Of a DNA stretch of 64,000 nt, positions 54,622 through 64,000 are shown piece after piece (position 1 is the stretch's first letter; every line of letters begins with the position of its first letter). The position numbers were made by a program, and so were the translations under genes. Where the stretch lies: NCBI GenBank assembly GCA_951406725.2, contig OX597816.1, positions 4,960,001-5,024,000 of the forward strand. The letters are read 5' to 3'. Below the pieces are notes generated by a model that was not told the DNA's origin, searched no databases, and worked only from the letters and a program-made list of their open reading frames with translations. Source of the DNA: Octopus vulgaris (Eukaryota).

Positions 54622-55511
54622 TTCATAGCTGATTTCAACAGCAATAAATTAGCTGTTTTAACTGGTCAAAGAATAATATTCTCCTCTAATTCCTAGATGC
54701 CTGTAAATTAAAACCAGACTTGTCGTCTACTAATTCTTCTGTATAACTAGAACCCTCTTTTTATCTTTTTCTTTCTTCTTTTTTCTTTTTTTCTTCTTTT
54801 TCTTTTTTTCCCTTCCTTCCCTATTTCTTTCTCTTTTCTCTTTTTTCTTTTTCTTCTTCTTATTCTCTTTTTCCTTTTCTCTTCTCTTTGAGCCCCCCTT
54901 TCCCCCCCTTTTGCTCCCTCCTCTTTTATTTTCTCTCTTTTATTTTCTCTCTTTTCTTCTATGCCCTTCCCTTTTCTATTCTATACAGCTCTAGTAAGCC
55001 CTTCAGCCTTTAAAAGTTAAATAGCTACAGCCTCTTGTAAATAGCAGTAATGTGATTAATGTGACAAATACCTAATCATATAGCAAGAATTGATACCTAC
55101 CTCATTGTGTTCAACCATTGATAAATTTATCGCCTGTGAATATGAAATTCCTTGGAAATTTACACCTACACCATTGGAAATTTTGCATCTATACAAAGGA
55201 TTAATTCACCCTCTCTGTAATGCTAATAAGCAGGAATTGAAACCCACCTCGTTGTAATTAACAATGGATAAATTTGTCTTCTGTGAGTATGTAATCCCTC
55301 ATCATATCTCTGGAAATTCATATGTGCACTATGGATTGGGTCACCTTCTCTGTGATGCTATTAAGACTTTTTTTAAAATTCTGTGATAAGACTGTACATC
55401 ATCTTTAAAGAACTTTAATGAACTTTTGAAATCTGTTTATGTTACTTAATTATCTACATTACTTCATGAGTATAGCCTCAGCCACTAGGATGTCTAGGGA
55501 ACTCACATGTA

Positions 55512-55602
55512 TTTTAGCTGATGAGTACGGGACACGTTTATATGCTGTAATTTTTGCAACTTGTAATAAAACCTGTCCTTGTATGAAACGATTGTACTAA
55601 AA
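55512..55602 (+). ncRNA. Hammerhead motif with long stem II
   Basis: ttttag-CTGATGA-gtacgggaca..tttat..ataaa..tgtccttgtat-GAAA-cgattg-TA-ctaaaa: perfect 6-bp stem I and a ~60-nt stem II hairpin. Confidence 0.72.
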
Positions 55603-55743
55603 ACCTATCCATTCTTGTTTTCATTCTCGCTTATAATCACCCCACATTACTGTATTGTTAAATCAGTATAGTTTTTTTTGGTGCATCTAAGTTAGGTACC
55701 ATATTCAAGTAAATTCATTTAAATTAACTTGAATCTTTATTGC

Positions 55744-55797
<54 letters not shown>

Positions 55798-55903
55798 TAT
55801 ATACATATATATATATATATTTATATATATATACACATATATATATATATATACATACATATATATACATGTAAATATATATATATAGATGTAATATATG
55901 TAT

Positions 55904-55934
<31 letters not shown>

Positions 55935-56627
55935 CATACATGTACAGGGTAAACATATATTATGTACTTATATATTAATGTTATATATACACACACACAC
56001 ACACACACATATATAGATAGATAGATAGATAAACGACAATATACATTACGTTAATAAATGTGCACATGTAACATGTGTGTGTGTTTATGCATGCACACAC
56101 ACCCACGACACCCCCCCCCCACACACACACATGACAAGACACACAGACACACATGACATCCACACACACGACACCCCCCACACATACACACGATATACAC
56201 ACACAACTACACCCACTGAACACTGATATCAAACAATGAGTAAGAATGCTCAACACCACATAGGTGAATAAATACATTTTGTTCGGGGATTAACAAGGCT
56301 ACCAACGGTTTCATGTCATGAAGGATCCCTTAACACTTTTCAAGCTTGCCACATGGGAACATCGGCACATCATCATCATCATCATTATCATTTAGCGTCC
56401 GTTTTCCATGCTAGCATGGGTTGGACGGTTCAACTGGGGTCTGGGGAGCCCGAAGGCTGCACCAGGCCAGTCAGATCTGGCAGTGTTTCTACAGCTGGAT
56501 GCCCTTCCTAACGCCATGTCTTTATTTTGGGTGAGAATACACAAAGTTACACGAGACTGTAGCAGGCTTAAAAATTGAGATCTCCCTCACATGAAACAAT
56601 TGGTAGCCTTGTTAACCTCCAAATAAA

Positions 56628-56659
<32 letters not shown>

Positions 56660-56699
56660 ATCTATCTATCTATCTATATATATTCTTACTTTTTTTTTA

Positions 56700-57093
56700 T
56701 ACTTTTACTTTTCCTTGTTTCAGTCATTTTGACTGCGGCCATGCTGGAGCACCGCCTTTTAGTCGAGCAAATCGACCCCCGGGGACTTATTCTTTTTGTA
56801 AGCCCAGTACTTATTCTATCGGTCTCTTTTGCCGAACCGCTAAGTGACGGGGACGTAAACACTCCAGCATCGGTTGTCAAGCAATGCTAGGGGTACAAAC
56901 ACAGACACATATATATATATATACATATATACGACGGGCTTCTTTCAGTTTCCGTCTACCAAATCCACTCACAAGGCTTTGGTCGGCCCGAGGCTATAGC
57001 AGAAGACACTTGCCCAAGGTGCCACACAGTGGGACTGAACCCGGAACCATCGGGTTGGTTAGCAAGCTACTTACCACACAGCCACTCCTGCAC
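56700..57093 (-). mobile_element. SINE family A, full length
   Basis: Reverse-complement copy. Confidence 0.9.
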
Positions 57094-59936
57094 TGTTGAA
57101 TATTTGGAATGGATACAGCTACAGCAAGGTTCTAAGATGCATGGATAACAGAAGGGAAGAGAGTGGTCCAGTTGGGGTCGGAATCATTTCGATCTTCAGC
57201 CAATAGTTGAAGGGAATAATTCATAATGAAAGCAGTATGTTTGAATGCATCGTCATCCACATCATCATCAGCAGCCAGAGGCAAAGAGCTATACGAGTGT
57301 GAGGGAAGAGAACCATATATCATCATCATCATCATCATCATTTAATGTCCATCTTCCATGTTGGTATGGGTTGGACAGTTTGACAGGAGCTGGCCAGGCA
57401 GAAGACTGCACCAGAATCCTGTGTTTGTTTTGGTAGGGTTTTTATGGCTGGATGCCCTTCCTAACACCAACCATCCTGCAGGGTGAAATTAGTGCTTTTT
57501 ACGTGGCACCAGCACAGGTGAGGTTTAATTTTGGCATGATTTTTGCGCCTGGATTAAGATGGTGAGCTGTCAGAATCATTAGCATGCTGGGCGAAATGCT
57601 TAATGGTATTTCATGTGCTATTGCGTTCTGAGTGCAAATTCCACTGAGGTCGACTTTACCTTTCATCCTTTCAGGGTTGATAAATTAAGTAGCAGTTGCA
57701 TACTAGGGTCGTTGCCAGTGCTGTCAGACTGGCTCCCATGCAGGTGGCACATAAAAAACACCTTTTGAGCATGGTCGTTGCCAGTACCGCCTGACTGGTC
57801 CTCGTACTGGTGGTATATAAAAGCACCCACTACACTCTTGATCAGGCTCAAATGGTGCTTTTCATGGGAGCCAATCCGCAGCCCTGGCAATGATCACACT
57901 CAAATGTGCTTTTAACATTCTGCTGGCACAAGTGCCAATGAGGCGGTACTGTCATCGGCCATGTCAGAGATTTTGACTTTGATTTCACTTGCCTCAATAA
58001 GTCTTCGCAAGCTAAGTTCATCGTCCAATGAACGAGGAGTAGGAAGATATATCTGGTCAGTAATTCATGTGAGAGGAGAATACAATAATGATGTAACGAT
58101 TAGTATCAATTGAGTCAGGTTTTGGCAAGAACACAGACAACTTGCAGACATGCGTCTGCCTCTCGATGTAAACATTATTAATTTATTAGCCATTGTTGGC
58201 AAAGTCTTCACTGAGAATTTCTTCATCATCATCATCATCATCATCATCGTTTAACGTCTGCCTTCCATGCTAGCATGGGTTGGACGGTTCGACTGGGGAA
58301 CTGGGAAGCCAGAAGGCTGCACCAGGCTCCAGTCTGATCTGGCAGTGTTTCTACAGCTGGATGCCCTTCCTAATGCCAACCACTCCGTGAGTGTAGTGGG
58401 TGCTTTTTACATGCCACCGGCCCAGGTGTCAAGCGAGGCTGGCAACGGCCACGATCGGTTGGTGATTTTTACGTGCCACCGGCATGGAAACCAGTCAAGG
58501 TGGCCCTGGCTTCCTTTTAGATATTTTGCTTAAAGAACTTCCACAACAGCATTCCCTGATATTCCCCCTTTTAGAAATATTAGGAAGAAGAGTTTGGTGT
58601 GGGGGGAGAGGCGGGGTTGTTAGATAGAAGAAATATAGGATCAAAGAAAATGATTTGTTAAAGCAAAAAGCGGTGAGCTAGTAGAATTGTTTGTACACTG
58701 GGTGAAATGCTTTGCAGTATTTCACTTGTTCTGAGTTCAAATTCAACTGAGGGAACATTGATTTTCATCATTTCAGGGGTCAATAAACTAAGTACCAGTT
58801 TGAGTACTGCGGAAGATGTAATTGACTAGCTAGCACCCCCCACCACCACCACCTCCTCGCCCCCTCTTCCAAATTTCAGGCCTTGTGCCTTTTGTGGAAA
58901 GGATTATTAATGAATTGAGGAAGACCTGAAGTCACAGCCCCTCAACCTCAAGCATGCTAAGATCGGAACCATGGACCAGAATGGGTGGAATAACATCGTC
59001 ACTACAGTTTGTTTTCCTGTGAAACACGAACACACACACACACGCACATCTATAGCGACAGATTTTGCTTACTTACAACTTCCCGCACCACACACACGCA
59101 TGAATGCAGACATGTTTTCATTCAGAGAACTGAAGGATTGCAAAATATATTTGCAGAACTAGTAGAATATGTAAATATTTATGCAATATGCAGACATGGA
59201 TATCTCAGAATCCATCTAATGCCTGTCGTCCATAAATTGAAGGATTGGAAGATATCTGACACTGAAGAAAGCTAAATAAAAATCAATAGAATGTTGTTTA
59301 ATGGTAATATATATATATATCATCATCATCATCATCATCGTCTTCATCATTTAACATCAATTTTCCATGCTAGCATGGGTTGGATGGTTCAACCGGGGTC
59401 TGGGAAGTCAGGAGGTTGCGCCAGGCTTCAGTCTGATCTGGCAGTGTTTCTACAGCTGGATGCCCTTCCTAATGCCAACCACTCCGTGAGTGAAGTGGGT
59501 GCTTTCTATGTGCCCCCGGAGGCTGGCAGTAGTCATGATCGGTTGGTGCTTTTTACGTGCCACCTGCACGGAAGCCAGTCAAGGCGGCGCTAGCATCGGC
59601 CACGTTCGGATGGTGCTTTTTACGTGCCACCATATATATATATCTTCCTCTCCCTCAATTTCTCTCCTCTCTCTTACATACATACATAACACATACATAC
59701 ATACATACATACATACATACATACATACATACATACATACATAAATACATACATACATAAATACATCCATAACATATACATACATACATACATACATACA
59801 TACATACATACATACATACATACATACATACATACATACATTATGGCTGCCCCCTTGTTATCGAGTATGGCCATTGCACGAAGCTTAACTGTTACTGGTG
59901 CTGTGATCGAACATACACACACACACACACATACAC

Positions 59937-60003
<67 letters not shown>

Positions 60004-60705
60004 TAAATACATAAAACAATCTCCATCCTGTGTTTTGTCTCAAAGCTTTCGTTTTCAGCTCAGAATGAATCCATTCTTACCAAGACTTAGTTTTGTTATC
60101 CTATGATGTTCAATGTTTGGCTCACCTCTATTAAAATTCTGTCCTAGTCAAAATAGGATTGTGGCAATGCTGGAGCACACCTTGATCAGAGGTTCTCAAT
60201 CTGGATGGTACCAACCATAAAAGCATGTTGAGGGGCAAGGGGCATTAGATTTTAGGGGTCAGTGCGGTTGGTAGTGAGGTAACATAATATATTAAATTTT
60301 ACCTATAATAGTAATTATATTATACCTGGCAAAAACTAGTAATGGTTATTAAAATAAAATGAGATCTCATCAGGCACAGGTGATGGATTGGGGTCATTAA
60401 CTTGTAATGTTTAAAGTAATTTTACAACTTTCGCCCTTGTTAATTTTTTTATCATTTCTCTGTTAAAATAATCTATTTTCCAGTGTAAAATTTATGAATT
60501 ATCATCCATGTGAAGTTAGTTTAGCTGTGATACCTTACTTGCCTCTTAGGTGGACTTGGGGCCTAACAGCTACATAAAAGTGGCCGGTGGGGCTACAAAG
60601 ATGGTAAAGACCCAGTGACTTAGATGATTATAGAAACCCGAAAAGTTACAAGACACCGAATGACACAACACCAATTTTGAAGAGTATGGACAAATATACA
60701 GGCAC

Positions 60706-60788
<83 letters not shown>

Positions 60789-61009
60789 AGGGTGTGCTGA
60801 AAAGTTCCTGGCTTTAAAGGTATCAAACTGTCTCCCATCCTTTGCACGTTTGAATCCCACTTGAATTATAATTTCATTTTCTTGTGAAAACAGTTAGGGT
60901 TGGTGACTGGAAGAGCATCCAGCTATAAAGAAGTTGTCTCAACAATGCTTTCCTATCTAACCCTTGCCAGCATGGAAAAACAAATGTTAAACAAAGGAAC
61001 TGATAAATA

Positions 61010-61444
61010 CCTGTGCCAGTGGTTCGTAAAAAGCACCATCTGTATGTGGCGGATGCCAGCGCGCCGTGACTGGCTTCTGTGTCGGTGGCACGTAAAACCC
61101 CCCAACCGATTGTGGCCGTTGCCAACCTCACCTGGCACCTGTGCCAGTGGCATATAAAAAGCACCTTCCATATGTGGTCGATGCCAGCATCACCTTGGCT
61201 GGCTTCCGTGCCGGTGGCACATAAAAAGCACCATCTGAGCGTGGCCGTTCGCCAGCCTCGTCTGGCACCTGTGTCGGTGGCACGTAAAAAGCACCCACTA
61301 CACTCACAGAGTGGTTGGCGTTAGGAAGGGCATCCAGCTGTAGAAACACTGCCAGATCAGACTGGAGCCTGGTGCAGCCTCCTGGCTTCCCAGACCCCAG
61401 TCGAAACATCCAACCCATGCTAGCATGGAAAACGGACGTTAAAC

Positions 61445-61482
<38 letters not shown>
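61010..61482 (+). mobile_element. SINE-like family C with five internal units
   Basis: gtggcac(g/a)taaaaagcacc recurs at ~60-bp spacing before the body and (GAT)n tail. Confidence 0.88.
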
Positions 61483-62562
61483 CATGTATGTGTGTGTGTG
61501 TGCGTGCATGTATGTGTGTGTTTTTGTGTGTGCGTGTTTTTATGTATGTATGTCTATGTATCTCTCCATAGACACCCATCTACCTGCCGACATGTTGAAA
61601 GTGAATCATTCTTTCTCTCGGTGTTCCTCCACCCCTATAACACCCCCTCCCGCCCACCCGCCCACCCTTCATATTTTATTTAATATAAATGCATTAGCAA
61701 CTGATAAACATTGGAGGTGAATTTGTTGAGGAGAATAAATTTGCCAGCTTACATTAAGAATTATCGATTTGTTCTGTCAAAGAAATGAAACGGCAATTCC
61801 AGATTCAATCAGATGAAGCATTTTTTTTTTGTCTATATTTCTTTGATTTTGTTGTATATGTTTTGTGTTTTTAATATTTTGTTTGTTTGTTCTTTTGTTC
61901 TTTCTTCATTCTTTCTTTTACTGGGAGAGTAGAAAAGCTGATGAAGATTAGAAAATTCTAAAAAAATATTCTTCTTCTTCAAGAACAAAAAAAAAAAAAT
62001 AAACCGGAGTAAGTAAAATGTGAATATTTAGAATTAAAATCTTTTTAAATATAAAGTTTTTTTTAAAAACTATCCTGGTTTCTATCTTATTTTGTATGGT
62101 TCCACCTTTTTGCAAAGTACCATTATTATCATCATCATTTTACATCTGTTTTCAAATGGTTAAGTTGTCAAGTATAAGGTTATAGTTTTGGTCCTTTGTT
62201 AACTTCTTTGTAAGTTTAACTCCACTGAGACCATTCTCCCACCCCCACCCTTGCCTTCCGTGCCTCCACCCCCTCCGCCACTCCACAGGTTTTTTTTTTT
62301 CACATTTGTCCTTTCTTCTTTACCTGACTATCAAGCTTCTTGCTCATCATGTACCTTGCCCCACACACACACATATTCTCTTGCGCTCTACATCCAATTC
62401 CCAATTCTTCTAACACCCAGTTCTGCTATCAACCCATTGGCGCTCAAATGTCCATTATGTATCCAACAGAGACTGTTTCCTTTGCACCTAATTTTCATTT
62501 CCTATTCATGTCTCGGCGCCTTGTATCAGGAATATTTAGTGATTGAATCCAGATCACTATAT

Positions 62563-62799
62563 CTATTTCTTTATTGCCCACAGAGGGATAAACATAGAGG
62601 GGACGACCAAGGAATTAAGTAGATTACATCGACCCCCCAGTGCGTAACTGGTACTTATTTCATTGACCCCGAAAGGATGAAAGGCAAAGTTGACCTCGGA
62701 TGAATTTGAACTCAGAACGTAACAGCAGATAATATACCGCTAAGCATTTTGCCTGGCATGCTAACAATTCTGGCAGCTCCCCACCATTTCAGCTCACCC
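62563..62799 (-). mobile_element. SINE family B monomer with target-site duplication
   Basis: Flanked by a direct repeat ccagatcactatatc. Confidence 0.82.
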
Positions 62800-63775
62800 C
62801 CAGATCACTATATCATCATCATCATCATTTAGCGTCCGCTTTCCATGCTAGCACGGGTTGGACGGTTCAACTGGGGTCTGGGAAGTCAGAAGGCTGCACC
62901 AGGCCCAGTCTAATCTGGCAGTGTTTTTTTTACGTGCCACCGGCACAGGGGCCAGGCGACGCTGGCAACGGCCACGAACGGATGGTACTTTTACGTGCCA
63001 CCGGCATACAAAAATCCCCTCAAGAATACAATCATGACATGCCAAAATATTACCCAGGCAATAAAAAATTCTGACCCTTTAAAACTTGTAGGACCAGATC
63101 TAACAAAGATTTCATCTTTGGCATGCTTTTAATTTTTAACCAAGACCACCTCAGTATATTCAGCCCATTTTAGCTGCTACCAAGAATCAGATGGCAGACC
63201 AGACACAGCACATGGCAGTCAGCAGACAGTAGCAAAACCAGCAGAGGCCAGAGTGCTGTCACAGCACAAGAACAATAGACTGCAGCAGCAGCAGCAACAC
63301 TCCATGACCAGCTAATATTAAGAAACTCATGTAAATGGCTACTATTATTCCTTGCCCAAGAACAATAAGCTTCAAACTATTTGGGGTTTTGTCATTGGTA
63401 TTAACAACAATACTTTTGTTTACGATAAAAATAAACATTTTTTTTTAATTAAAAATCTCAAAAAAGATTTCAGTATTCTTTATTGTAACGACCTCATGCA
63501 CAAGAATGGTACATTCTACCATTCATTGAAACAGAGAATCCCTTTGTTGCAGGAGGAACATTGTTACTCTGACCACTGTCCTCTCCAAAGCTAACCATCT
63601 TCTGTTAATTAGGTCATCTAGGTGATGGAATCTATCAACTATTTTACGGAATCTTCCAAGCTTTTGTAAGAATTTCTATCACTCAACCTCTTTCTGCAAA
63701 CTTTTCCTACTGCTTCTTCATTGAAAATCCTTCTTAGCAAAATTTCTTGAGAACTTACTTATATATCTTGTATAC

Positions 63776-64000
63776 GACCTGAACATTAGCTTCAAGGTTC
63801 ATCCAAGGCTGGGACCACGGGCCATATGTCCCCTGCCCAATTCAGGATCACAGCATATAGGTACACTGTGACATAATTTCTTTTCCTCAACAGGCCCTGC
63901 CCTGTTTAACATTGTCCCGAAAGAGATCAAAGAGGAAAAGGATCCCATCACCTTTAAATGGAGTCTGGACAGATTTCTTCAAGGAATACTGGATAAGCCA
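63776..64000 (+). mobile_element. CR1-group LINE ORF2 C-terminal fragment
   Basis: SFKVHPRLGPRAICP..TL*HNFFSSTGPALFNIVPKEIK..FKWSLDRFLQGILDKP. Confidence 0.75.

Noticed and set aside
59097-59149. Possible exon ending at GTAAGTAAG
   Set aside because: Short peptide (SLNENMSAFMRVCGAGS) with no family similarity.
60784-60820. Mariner-like TIR (tacaagggtgtgctgaaaagttcctggcttt)
   Set aside because: Solo end; no partner TIR or transposase found nearby.
61010-61300. CRISPR-like repeat-spacer appearance in family C
   Set aside because: The linkers are homologous to each other, the array is inside a dispersed eukaryotic retroposon, and there are no cas genes.
61932-61965. CTGATGA..GAAA hammerhead-like core
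   Set aside because: No stem I or stem II pairing; chance match.

Overview
Eukaryotic, AT-rich, repeat-saturated intronic DNA. The SINE families and microsatellite load point to an octopus or other coleoid cephalopod (inference). The only credible host coding sequence is five internal minus-strand exons (41208-41005, 26066-25906, 18828-18711, 11690-11532, 4470-4327). They splice in frame at GT-AG sites into about 262 aa: an EF-hand pair followed by two Ig domains, i.e. a follistatin-related protein 4/5 (FSTL4/5)-like gene whose start and end were not found in the window. Almost all ORFs in the supplied track are microsatellite or SINE artefacts. The introns hold several SINE families, decayed LINEs (R4/Dong-like, RTE, CR1/L2), a deleted mariner, a Tc2/pogo-type MITE, two non-autonomous Helitrons and many Penelope-like element (PLE) remnants. 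The most notable signal is a dozen or more minimal type I hammerhead ribozyme motifs from several families. They include head-to-head fold-back pairs (1.3-1.8 kb, 23.2-23.7 kb, 56.3-56.6 kb), a retrozyme-like ~352-bp tandem array (34.0-35.6 kb) and long-stem-II variants. Unpaired intact motifs lie antisense to the host gene. All calls were made by eye, with no database searches; repeat boundaries are approximate.
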